From an uncultured Acidimicrobiaceae bacterium (lineage in GTDB: Bacteria; Actinomycetota; Acidimicrobiia; Acidimicrobiales; RAAP-2): a DNA stretch of 64,000 nt. Location of the stretch: assembly GCA_963842415.1 (NCBI GenBank), contig CAWJGN010000003.1, positions 225,931-289,930 on the forward strand. Direction: 5' to 3'. Position numbers and translations under genes: made by a program. The notes under the pieces are model-generated. The model made no database searches. It saw nothing but the letters and a program-made list of their open reading frames with translations, and had not been told where the DNA came from. This document shows, piece after piece, positions 29,985 through 39,745 of the stretch (positions are counted from its first letter, which is position 1; the number at the start of each line of letters is the position of its first letter).

Positions 29985-31114
29985 CGGGCCTCCGCCAGCT
30001 CGCGGTAGATGTTGCGGAGTCGCTCGATGACCTCGTCCTCGCCGAAGCGCTCCTGGACGCGTCGGCGCGCCGCCTGTCCGAGGGCGATGCGCCGCTCCTC
30101 GTCGCCGAGGAGCTCGCGCAGCGTGCCGACGAGGGCCTCGACGTCACCCCGGGGCACGAGCGTTCCGGTCGCGGCGTCGACCACCTCGCGCACCCCCCTG
30201 ACGTCGTAGGCGACCACGGGGGTCGCGGACGCGGCCGCCTCCATCACGACGCGGGGTATCCCCTCGCGATACGACGGCTGGACGACCACGTCCGCGGCCG
30301 CCAGATAGGGCCGGATGTCGTCCACGGCACCCACGAAGGTGACGTAGTGGGCGGCGGCAGCGAGCTCCGCCTCGCCGAGGGCGTCGCTCTGGTCGGCTTC
30401 GACAGGCCCGACGTGGACGAAATCAGCGACCCCGTCGAGTCGGCGGGCGACCTCGAGGAAGTCGTCACACCCCTTCTCACGCACCAGCCGGCTGACCATG
30501 ACGACGACCGGGCGCGTCGACTCGACGGCGGGCGCCACGGACTCGAGGAACCGGTCCAACACGATGCCGTTGCCGATGAAGCGGATCTTCGCGGCGGGGC
30601 AGATGTGCACCTCGGGCAGGACGCGCTCGTCCTCACGGCTTTGGACCAGGACGAGATTCGCCCACGTGCAGCACCATCGCTCGAATATCCACCCGAGGAG
30701 GTTGGCCGCCCGCGTGGTGTCACGGAAGTACAGCGAGCCGTGCACGGTGTAGACGGCGGTGGTGCCACCGAGCCGGGCCGCGGGCAACCCGAGGAACGAC
30801 GCCTTGGGCGTGTGGGTCTGGACGAAGTCGAACCGACGACGCCGCAGGACGCGCCAGAGCCGGACGAACGCACCGAGGTCGGACGGGGCGAACTCCCGCT
30901 GAATGGGCACGACCTCCACCGACACGTAGTCGGGCGGGTCGTCGAAGGCGTCCCCGCTCACCACGCTCCACGAGACCTCGGGGAGCGAACGGAGCTGGTT
31001 GGCCAACAACAACCTGGCCGTCATGGACGTGGTGACGAGCCGGCAGCCCCGCAACGTGACCGAGACCCCGGTGTGCTGACCCACCATCCCTCCAAATCGT
31101 GCACGCCAAGGCAC
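29981..31114 (-). CDS. GT4 glycosyltransferase (intact)
   Basis: FVQTHTPKASFLG, VSRLVREKG and REGIPRVVMEAAASATPVVAYDVRGVREVV (ExxxxxxxE region). The start could be 31087. Confidence 0.85.
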   Translation of the reverse strand: MPWRARFGGMVGQHTGVSVTLRGCRLVTTSMTARLLLANQLRSLPEVSWSVVSGDAFDDPPDYVSVEVVPIQREFAPSDLGAFVRLWRVLRRRRFDFVQTHTPKASFLGLPAARLGGTTAVYTVHGSLYFRDTTRAANLLGWIFERWCCTWANLVLVQSREDERVLPEVHICPAAKIRFIGNGIVLDRFLESVAPAVESTRPVVVMVSRLVREKGCDDFLEVARRLDGVADFVHVGPVEADQSDALGEAELAAAAHYVTFVGAVDDIRPYLAAADVVVQPSYREGIPRVVMEAAASATPVVAYDVRGVREVVDAATGTLVPRGDVEALVGTLRELLGDEERRIALGQAARRRVQERFGEDEVIERLRNIYRELAEAR

Positions 31115-31445
31115 CCGCCGGACGGCCGATCGGCCCGGAACTCGCCATATAGTACCCGAGGCCTGGGGGACTCCGGACCGTCGGTGCTCGCCTGACCATG
31201 TGCGGCGTGACGGGATGCTGGGAGCGGGGAACCGCCCGGCGCGGGGGGATCGAGACCGGGGTGATATCTGGACGCGGACATCGTCGGCGCGCGGTGGGAC
31301 GAGTCACTCGTCGGGTCGCGCCGATCACGAGTACGAGCTGTGTTGCGTCCTGATGCTCCAGCCGTGGCTCGACGCCACGACCACCTCCGCCTGACGCCGG
31401 GCTGGACCCCATGGTGCCAGGCGCCCCGGGTGGTCGGAAGGTAAC

Positions 31446-32048
31446 TCACAGAATGCCGGGTGGCGCAATCTCTTGCCACAGGGAACCTCTGGTTACAACA
31501 GGTTCACGTGGTTGCGGATGGCTCGGGCGGCGCGGCGCCGTCCCAGTGCGCACCCAGGTCGGTAAGCCACTCCGGGAACTCGAGCGGCGGGTCCGGCAGC
31601 GGCTCGGCACGTTGCACCGCGAGGGCCGCGTGAAGGCCTCGGGGTCGTCACCCCAGCCACGAGGGTCTCCCATCATCACCTCGAACATCACCGCTCCTTG
31701 AGGACCGGCGACCACCGAGCCGAAAGCGGCGCCGAGTGGGAGCTCGACGTGGGTCCCGGGTTCGCAGCGGTGCTCTCCGAACGAGACCTCGCCCTCCAGC
31801 ACGAAGACGACGTTCGGTGAGAAGTGACCGTGACGGCGCACCACCATCCCCGGGTCGTAGCGGGCGTAGATGGTGAGGTACTGGGGATCGGGCGAGAAGG
31901 CCAGCCACTTCTCCCAGACATGGGCGACCGAGCCGTCGGCGTTGCGTTGGGCCTTGATGGCCTGCCAGGGAACGTCCGGGTCGTCGAGGTGGCGAAAGGA
32001 GGGCTCGAGGCCCTCGCGCTTGGGTGACGGCGGCACCAGCTCGGGCAT
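31446..32048 (-). CDS. cupin-domain protein; C-terminus ambiguous
   Basis: RHGHFSPNVVFVLEGEVSFGEHRCEPGTHVELP is cupin-like. After about 31630 a second frame gives a more protein-like tail (AALAVQRAEPLPDPPLEFPEWLTDLGAHWDG, TGA at 31504). Confidence 0.5.
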   Translation of the reverse strand: MPELVPPSPKREGLEPSFRHLDDPDVPWQAIKAQRNADGSVAHVWEKWLAFSPDPQYLTIYARYDPGMVVRRHGHFSPNVVFVLEGEVSFGEHRCEPGTHVELPLGAAFGSVVAGPQGAVMFEVMMGDPRGWGDDPEAFTRPSRCNVPSRCRTRRSSSRSGLPTWVRTGTAPRRPSHPQPREPVVTRGSLWQEIAPPGIL

Positions 32049-32127
32049 GCCAGAAATGTACGCCGATCCATCTTTCCCTGCACAGAGTCATGTTTGGACG
32101 GCACGCGCCTCGAGCACTGGAGCCGAC

Positions 32128-32325
32128 ATGTCCACCGTACCCCCCGAGGAGGAGTTTCCGCTCATCATCTCGGTCGACGACCACATCCTCGAACCTCGCG
32201 ACCCGTGGGAGCGCGAGGTGACCAATACGTCACGCGCTGGATGCACTCTTGGGTGTCAACTCAGATCTCGCGACTTGGTTCTGACATACGCTGCGAAGGA
32301 TTACTTGAACGCCGACAGCCGGTAA
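32128..32325 (+). pseudogene. 5' fragment (about 31 aa) of an amidohydrolase gene, truncated where GC content drops
   Basis: MSTVPPEEEFPLIISVDDHILEPRDPWEREV is the typical Amidohydro_2 N-terminus (xIISxDxHxxEPxDxW). The rest of the ORF is unrelated, AT-richer sequence. Confidence 0.5.
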
Positions 32326-32585
32326 GATTTGCCCGCCTTGGTTGGTGCGGCGCCCCCTCCTCAGACCAGGGAGGAGCAGGCGATACGGCGAATCTGGGCA
32401 TGCTCACCACCAGCGCTTGGCGCTGGCGCCTAGCTTGGTGTTGTCCGGGAAGGGAGTCCCCTCAGGGATGGTCTGGCTGGTGGCGGGCTTAGGGGCTACG
32501 CGAACAGAGGCTCGCTTCTTATCGCTGCACTCGCGACCACCGCTTGTCGGGTGGCCTCCCCGAGGGACCCTGGGACAGTCCATAG

Positions 32586-34077
32586 TTGAAAAGAGGCTTG
32601 TTGGTGGGACTTGAGCGGCGAATCAATAGGCGGAGCGGCACGCGTGTCGGTCGTGAGCTAACCCAGCCGTGCGCTACCCAGAGGCGGCGAGCGGCCGCCT
32701 CGGCCGCCTTCCTGAAGGGTGACAGCTCGGACATCGACAGCATGATCGAGCGTGCTTTGCGGCTCGCCGGTTCCGCCGGTGAATCTGGCCGACCGCTTCT
32801 GGGCGAATGGATAACCCCCGGTGAGCGCGTCTTCGTTCTCCCCAACTTGGTGATGCATCGTCGGATTGATCGGGGCGAAACGATGCCGAGTTTTCTGGCG
32901 AAGTGCACGAACGGGTCGATCGTCAAACCCCTCGTCGCACACGCCGTCGAGGCGGCAGGTGACAGCCGATTGGTCTCCGTGGGTTCGGCGTCGCTGCAAG
33001 CATGCGACTATGCCGCTGCCGCCCGCGAGGCCGGCTTCACAGATAGCCCGTCGGAAGACTTGACTGCCACCCCCGCAGGAATCGATCCGATGGACCTTCG
33101 CAGTGTTGCCACAGTCTGGAGCAAGTACGGTGCACTCTTAGAGCGGCACTCGAGGGATGTTCCCACCGTGGAGGTGGACTTGGGTTCACTGAGCTTCCTC
33201 GACGAGCTCTACCTGAGGAAGACCAGCGTCGATTTCCGAGTGGGTGACTACGACCCTGTCGAGACATTGTCGTTTCACTCGAAGGGAAGGCATATTTATA
33301 CGATTCACCGTGATGTGCTCGAGTCTGATGTGATCATCAGCGTTCCAAAGCTCAAGACTCACGAGAAGGTGGGCATCACGTGCGCGCTCAAGGGAACCAT
33401 CGGAACGGTTACCCGAAAGGAGTGCCTTGCGCACTACCGCCACGACAATCGGAACGGTCGCGGTGATGAGCATCCTCCTGGGAACCCACTTCGGTCGCTT
33501 GCGTCCGAGATCTCGGATCGGTCGTCGGCTGCACCACAAACACGGCTTGGTAACGGAGCGAGAATCGTCGGGAAGTCAGCGTTTCGACTTGCTCGGATCG
33601 GACATCACGGAATCATGGGTGGCGCCTGGGCCGGAAACGATACGGCGTGGCGCATGGCTCTCGATGTCGCGCGGATCCTCAGGTTCGCGCGTCCTGACGG
33701 ATCCATTGCAGATACGCCCCAAAGATCGCACCTCGTACTCGTAGATGGCATAGTCGCCGGCGAGGGAGAAGGGCCCTTGAGGCCATCACCGGTCTTGGCC
33801 GGCACCGTCATCTTCAGCGACGACGCAGTTGCCGCCGATGTCACATGCGCCCGAATTGATGGGATATGAGCCAGATCGCATTCCCTTGCTCTCGTATGCG
33901 ATGAACCCGTCTATAGATCTGCCCCTTCGTAGCTGGACTTCCTGCAGCGTCCGGTGGGACGAGAAGACCTTCCCCGATGTCGGCGCCGTCCCTTCGTTGT
34001 TAGGAAGGCCCTTCCGACCGCCAAAGGGATGGACCGGAGCTATCGAGCGATCCGCAGAAGAGGCCCACAATGGGTGA
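32586..34077 (+). CDS. DUF362 domain protein, one frame disruption near 33853; start uncertain
   Basis: ISVPKLKTHEKVGITCALKGTIG and LVLVDGIVAGEGEGP. The C-terminal part (ELMGYEPDRIPLLSYAMN...) is in ORF 33829..34077. 47% GC counted for 33241-33300. Confidence 0.65.
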
Positions 34078-34201
34078 GCGCTGGGCTCCGAGCCGGCTGG
34101 CGTGGCGTCCGTTGCACGCTTCGGTGCTTCCGAGGTGAGAATCATGAAACTCCTACGATCTTGGCTTGAGATTTTGACGACCGAAGTCAAGACGACGTCT
34201 C

Positions 34202-35537
34202 ATGGATCACGCTTCGGCTGTCCTTAAGGACGTCATCGTGACCGTTGCCGGAGTGATGCTGTTCAGGCGACGTCGAGGTAGGGAGTTCCGAGAATCGCTG
34301 ATCCGTTGGAACTCGATGAGGGAGCTACCGAAAGAAGATCTCCTCAAGATCCAGACCGATCGAACCCACGAGATCATCGCTCATACATCGACACGATCGC
34401 CGTACTACGCGGCCAAATACGCTCAGGTCTCATCGAGGGAACTCGCGGACCTCCCGATTCTGGAGAAAGAAGAGCTCAGGGCGCACATCGAGGACATCGT
34501 CATCCGTGGAAGTGCGCAAACTTCGAAAGTGTTACACGGGTGGTACGACGGGAAAGTCGCTGGTCGTCTTCAGCTCGGCAGACAGTGATGGAGAGCGGTT
34601 CGCTCGACAAGAGGCCATGTGGGCGATGCATGGCTACAAGCTCGGTCGCGATCGCATCGCCTGGTTCTCGGGTCGTCATCTGATCGGTGCCAACGACGTT
34701 TCCGCTCACCGGTTCTGGCGGAACAACTTCCTCGAGCGCGTTCGGTACTACAGCACCTTCCACATGGCTCCGAACACTCTGCACTACTACGTAGAAGATC
34801 TCGCGAAATTCCGGCCTCGATTCCTGAACGGCTTCCCTTCGGCCATCGGTGAATTGGCGAGCTTCATTGAAATGACCGGAGCAACTAGAACGTTCAATCT
34901 CCAAGCGATCTTTACGACCAGTGAGACCCTAACCGGAAGCCAGCGCGACGTTATGGAGCGGGTATTCAATTGTCCTGTTCGCAACCAGTACGCATCATCA
35001 GAAGGTGCTCCGTTCATCATGGAGTGCCAACAAGGTCGGCTGCACATCGATGTGACAAGCGGTGTGTTCGAAGTCATCGGCGCCGATGACCAACCGACCA
35101 GCGATGGCGAAGTGCTCGTGACGAGCTTCTACATGAAGCAGACGCCGCTGATCCGCTATCGGATTGGGGATCGGCTCGCTCTCTCGCACGAGCTTGGATG
35201 TCCGTGCGGATGGGATACTCCGTTGGCCGCCTCTATCGAGGGGCGCGAATCTGACTTTCTCGAGATACCAGGCCGAGGAAAGATCTTCGCGGCACAGATC
35301 GGCGATTGCGTAAAGCACCTTCATTGGGTGATCGCTTTTCGCTGCCGCCTGCAAGATGGACGGTTACGTATCGAGATCGTCGCCGATCGGGAGCGATTCG
35401 AGAAAGAGGACCTGTCGACATTCCTGAGAAACATCCATGAGAGAATGGGAGATATTCCAGTAGACCTGGAATATCTCGACGAGCTGCCACGACTTCCCAG
35501 TGGAAAACGAAGCGTTATCGCGTCAATCAATCAATGA
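34202..35537 (+). CDS. CapK/PaaK-like adenylate-forming enzyme (F390 synthetase family), one frame disruption near 34518
   Basis: SPYYAAKY...LPILEKEELR, then YTGGTTGKSLVV (AMP P-loop), TSETLT, NQYASSEGAPF, IRYRIGD and LPSGKRSVI. Confidence 0.72.
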
Positions 35538-36715
35538 GCACCCTCGACGAACACCGGGAACCACGACCGGGCGCGGCCGAAGGGCGGCCGGCTCGCGTTC
35601 TACTCCTCATCAAGTGCCTTGACTACGGGGGTGCAGAACGGCTCCTTGTCGACATGGCGGCCCTAGGAGATCGCACGTCATTCGAATATGAAGCCGCGTT
35701 CGTGCTCAGCGAAAGACACCGTCTGGCCGATGAAATGCGATCGGCGGGTACTCCAGTCCATGCGCTTGGAGCACGCGGCGACTGGGATCTCAAATGGACG
35801 GTGGTCCTCAGACGGCTACTCGTCGAGCGTCGCTACGACCTAGTCCACTTTCATTTACCCTACGCGGCGTCCCTGGGCAGGTTGGTCGTCCAGAGCCTGC
35901 CCAAGGGCTCCCGGCCGAAGCTCGTGTATACACAGCACTGCACGTGGGACGAGATGGAAGCTCCTGTCCGGATCCTCAATCGAGCGACCATCGGCCTCGA
36001 CGATGCCCTGGTGACAGTTTCTGAGGCCTCACGCCAAGGACTCCCGAAAGTCCTCCGACGTCGCGCCCAGGTGGTCATTCATGGAGTGGACGTGTCGCGG
36101 TCTGCCGAAATGCGTACCGACAGGGAGACGATCCGTCGAGAAGTTCGCGATGAGCTGGGAGTCCCAGACGACCACGTGCTGGTCCTCGCGGTCGCCAACC
36201 TTCGTCCGGAGAAGGGATATGACATCCTCCTCGAGGCAGCTCGAATACTCCTGGCAGGCGGCGCACCGGTCTCGTTCGCATCGGCAGGTTACGGCCCCCT
36301 CGCCGAGGAGTTGAATCGGATTCATAGCGACCTCGGCCTTGGAGATCGGTTCAGGTTCCTGGGTCCACGCAGCGATGTCCTACGGCTCATGACCGGTGCC
36401 GATGTTTTCACGCTGGCGTCCCGCCACGAAGGCCTGCCCGTAGCCGTCATGGAAGCAACAAGCGCCGGCTTGCCGCTCGTTCTGACCACGGTGGGTGAGA
36501 TCCCCGGTCTATTCACTGACGGGGTTGACGCCTTGCTCGTCCCGCCCGGACGCGCCGACATGCTGGCGACGTCGTTGGAGCGGCTGGTACGGAATTCCAC
36601 CGTCCGTGAAGAGCTCGGGAAGGCCGCTCTCGACCGGAGCGCTATCTTCGACGTGAGATCTGCAGCGCACGAGGTCGAAGACATCTACCGTAGGCTTCTC
36701 TCCGAAGTTCCGTGA
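35534..36715 (+). CDS. GT4 glycosyltransferase (intact)
   Basis: RVLLLIKCLDYGGAERLL, NLRPEKG and HEGLPVAVMEATSAGLPLVLTTVGEIPGLF. ATGA overlap with the preceding gene. Confidence 0.85.
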   Translation: MSTLDEHREPRPGAAEGRPARVLLLIKCLDYGGAERLLVDMAALGDRTSFEYEAAFVLSERHRLADEMRSAGTPVHALGARGDWDLKWTVVLRRLLVERRYDLVHFHLPYAASLGRLVVQSLPKGSRPKLVYTQHCTWDEMEAPVRILNRATIGLDDALVTVSEASRQGLPKVLRRRAQVVIHGVDVSRSAEMRTDRETIRREVRDELGVPDDHVLVLAVANLRPEKGYDILLEAARILLAGGAPVSFASAGYGPLAEELNRIHSDLGLGDRFRFLGPRSDVLRLMTGADVFTLASRHEGLPVAVMEATSAGLPLVLTTVGEIPGLFTDGVDALLVPPGRADMLATSLERLVRNSTVREELGKAALDRSAIFDVRSAAHEVEDIYRRLLSEVP

Positions 36716-36727
36716 CGAGCGCTACCA

Positions 36728-36943
36728 ATGCCTCAGTGGCTACAAGTATTGAGCCTGATCAACCCCTTGAGCCGCGAGGTGGACGCCCTGCGTGCCCTGC
36801 TCATCGGGACTGCCGCCCACCTCTGGCTTGACTTCGGCGTGATGGCGATCGCGGTCATGGTCGGCGTCGCCACAGCGTCCTCGTTGCTGGGTCGCCTCGC
36901 ACGCCGACCGCCAGACGTTCTGGCCGCACCGGCCTGTCTCTAG
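36728..36943 (+). pseudogene. C-terminal fragment of an ABC-2 type transporter permease
   Basis: MPQWLQVLSLINPLSREVDALRALLIG plus one final TM segment resembles ABC-2 permease ends (PxWxQxxxxxNPLTYxVDxxR). No upstream permease body is present. Confidence 0.5.
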
Positions 36944-37071
36944 GTGGGGCCGGAATCACGCCACACGGTGGCGGTAGCCTCGCGCCGCCATGGACGTCAC
37001 CTCCCACCGCGACGACACCGCTAGGTGACGTGCAGACGCGGAAGCGGACGCGCGAAGGGCAGCCATCGGAG

Positions 37072-37085
37072 GGTGACCGGTCACC
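37072..37085. promoter_or_regulatory. perfect 14-bp palindrome abutting the formyltransferase GTG start
   Basis: GGTGACCGGTCACC read directly, followed immediately by GTG 37086. Confidence 0.3.
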
Positions 37086-37877
37086 GTGCCCGCTGAGGCG
37101 CCCCGCGTCGTCCTGCTCGGTGGCCGCGGCGCCGCCACGGCCTCGGTGGCCCATGCCCTCTCGACCCACCTCGGCCGGCGCGCCACGGTGATCGCGATCC
37201 TCGAGGAGCCGCCCTCGCGGCTCACCCTCGCCCGGCGGCGCGCCCGCAGGCTCGGCTGGTCGACGGTGGCCGGGCAGGTCGCGTTCGTCGGGCTCGTCGT
37301 GCCGGTGTTGCACCGGCGCGGGCGCGGGCGCATCCGACAGATCACGCAGGAGTACGGCCTCGATCTCACCCCCCTGTCGAACGCGTCCCTCGTGAGCTCG
37401 GTGAACGACGAGCGCACCATCGCCCTCCTCAAACAGGCAGCGCCCACACTGGTCGTGGTGCACGGAACCCGCATCATCTCCCGCTCCGTCCTCGATGCGA
37501 TCAGCGTGCCGGTGTTGAATATCCACGCGGGTGTCACGCCCCGCTATCGCGGGGTGCACGGCGGCTACTGGGCGCTGCGCGAGGGATGCCCGGAGCTCGC
37601 CGGCTCGACGGTTCACCTGGTCGACCCGGGCATCGACACCGGCGGCATCCTGGCCCAGGCGAGGTTCACGCCCGGCGACGCCGATTCCTTCGCCACCTAT
37701 CCCTTCTTGCACCTCGCGTGCGTGATGCCGCTGCTGCTCGACCAGGTCGACGCGGTCCTCGCCGGGACCGCCCCTGTCACCGTGCCGCCGCTGCCCGGCG
37801 CGGAACACTCGCAGCTGCGCTGGCACCCGACGGCGTGGGACTACCTGGCGGCGCGTCGGCGCGACGGGGTGCGCTGA
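37086..37877 (+). CDS. formyltransferase family protein (Formyl_trans_N-like)
   Basis: LVVVHGTRIISRSVL, NIHAGVTPRYRGVHGGYWAL and STVHLVDPGIDTGGIL. Confidence 0.78.
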   Translation: MPAEAPRVVLLGGRGAATASVAHALSTHLGRRATVIAILEEPPSRLTLARRRARRLGWSTVAGQVAFVGLVVPVLHRRGRGRIRQITQEYGLDLTPLSNASLVSSVNDERTIALLKQAAPTLVVVHGTRIISRSVLDAISVPVLNIHAGVTPRYRGVHGGYWALREGCPELAGSTVHLVDPGIDTGGILAQARFTPGDADSFATYPFLHLACVMPLLLDQVDAVLAGTAPVTVPPLPGAEHSQLRWHPTAWDYLAARRRDGVR

Positions 37878-37912
37878 CGAGGCGTCAGGCGTCATTGCTA
37901 GCCTCTCCGTCC

Positions 37913-38912
37913 GTGTCGGATGTCCGCGGGCCCGGAGCACTGGTGATTTCGCTCGATTTCGAGCTGCATTGGGGCATGCGCGACCACACGGCGGTCGACC
38001 CTGCCGTCACCAAGTCGCTGGTCGCCAGCCGACCGACGGTCACGACAGTGGCCGAATTGTTCGCCAGCAGGGAGATACACGCCACGTGGGCCACGGTGGG
38101 GCTGTTGTTCGCCTCCACCGCCGCCGAGGCGCATGCGTTGAGCCCTGCCACCCTCCCGGCCTACCGCGAGGCGCGCCTCGACCCCTACCTCGAACCGATC
38201 GGGGCCACCGAGGACGAAGACCCCCTCCACCTTGCCGGCTCGCTGGTGGACCAGCTGTCCGAGATCCGGGGTCAGGAGCTGGCGTCGCACACCTACTCCC
38301 ACTATTACTGCCTCGAGCCGGGTCCCGGCGCCGACGCCTTCCGGGCCGACCTCGAGGCGGCGCAGGCGGCCGCGGCCACACGGGGCCTGCGGCTGCGGTC
38401 CCTCGTGCTCCCGCGGAACCAGTGGGACCCCGCGCTCGCGTCCGTGCTCGTCCAGACGGGCTTCGAGTGCTACCGCGGGCCCCAACCCGGCTGGGCTCAC
38501 CGGTCGCGGCCCGGAGACGACTCGGGGCTAGCCGGTGCGCGCCGCCCGACTGGCCTCGACGTGGGCGGGTCCGGCCCTGCCCACCTTCGCGTGGGACGAG
38601 CTGGTCGAGCCCTCGGGCCTGTGTAACGTGCCGGCCAGCGCGTTCCTTCGTCCCTGGGCTCCCTCCACCAAGGTGCTGCTGCCGCTCCAAGACGGCCGGA
38701 TCGTCAAGGCACTGCGTGACGCGGCACGCCGGGGCCGCGTCGTGCACCTCTGGTGGCACCCGCACAACTTCGCCGCGTACCCGACCGAGAACCTCGAACG
38801 GCTGCATCGGCTCCTCGACGAGTTCGACCGGCTGCGTGCCAGCGACGGCATGGCCTCGCTCGCCATGGGCGACGTCAGCGACGCCGCCCGCCGCCAACGC
38901 CCGGCGGCCTGA
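37913..38912 (+). CDS. polysaccharide deacetylase-like protein, one frame disruption near 38535
   Basis: GTG 37913. LVISLDFELHWG and ELASHTYSHYY. The second frame carries VHLWWHPHNFAAYPTENL. Confidence 0.68.
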
Positions 38913-38979
38913 CGCGCCGCCCGACCCACCCGCTCATCCCCCCTGACTCCGCACCTCGCCCCGACACCAGTCTCTTTGG

Positions 38980-39745
38980 TCAGCTGCTGATTGACGAGAT
39001 GGGCGTGGCCCCCGTGGGGGCGATCGGGTCCACCCGCTCGTTGTACTTGCCGTACACTGAGGCCAAACGCTCGGCGGTCGTCCCCGATGCGCTCTTGACC
39101 ACGATCGTCGAGCTGATGGGCAAGTAGGGCGCGGTGGTCGAGACGAAGAGTGTCGTGAGCGCCGTGTCGCCGGCTTCGATCTGGGCCCCCGGGCTTCCTG
39201 TCACGGCGACGGCGGAACGCCCGCTTATCGACGTGACCCCGGCTATACGGAGGTTCGGCTCTTCTGGGACGAAGTGATCGATGGCCTGGGTCGGTCGGAG
39301 CGAGTTCACGACTTCTTCGTACGCAGGGTCGGCCGCCGTGATCGAGATCCATTTCCCGGCGTAGGCGGTCGCGTCGTTGGCGGAGAGCTTCAAGGAATTC
39401 TCGGAGCACCGACGACGTCGCCCGTAGGTACGCGACCTGCTTCACCAACACGGCGTCGATCACCGGCTGCCCGTCGGTCGTGACAGTCTCGGCGGCGGGA
39501 CCCTCACGAGTGGTGGCGCCGGCCTCAATCGTGGTGCTCTTTCCGACGAGTGTCTTCGTCACGAAACTGACGGACTGCTGCCGGTGAAAGGCCGTGATCG
39601 ACTGTCCTGCGATCGAGGTCGCCGACTTGCCTTGCAGCGCTCCCTCTGAGGGCCCGCTGTTGCCACACGCTGCGGCCGTCACCGCCACGACCGCCGTCAG
39701 GACACACGCGCCGCGGCGGCCTAACGCTCGCCTGCTCAACGGCAC
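38980..39745 (-). CDS. putative lipoprotein, one frame disruption near 39400
   Basis: GTG 39745. Signal peptide with lipobox: RRGACVLTAVVAVTAAAC-GNSG. The second half is in ORF 38980..39393. Family not recognised. Confidence 0.55.
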
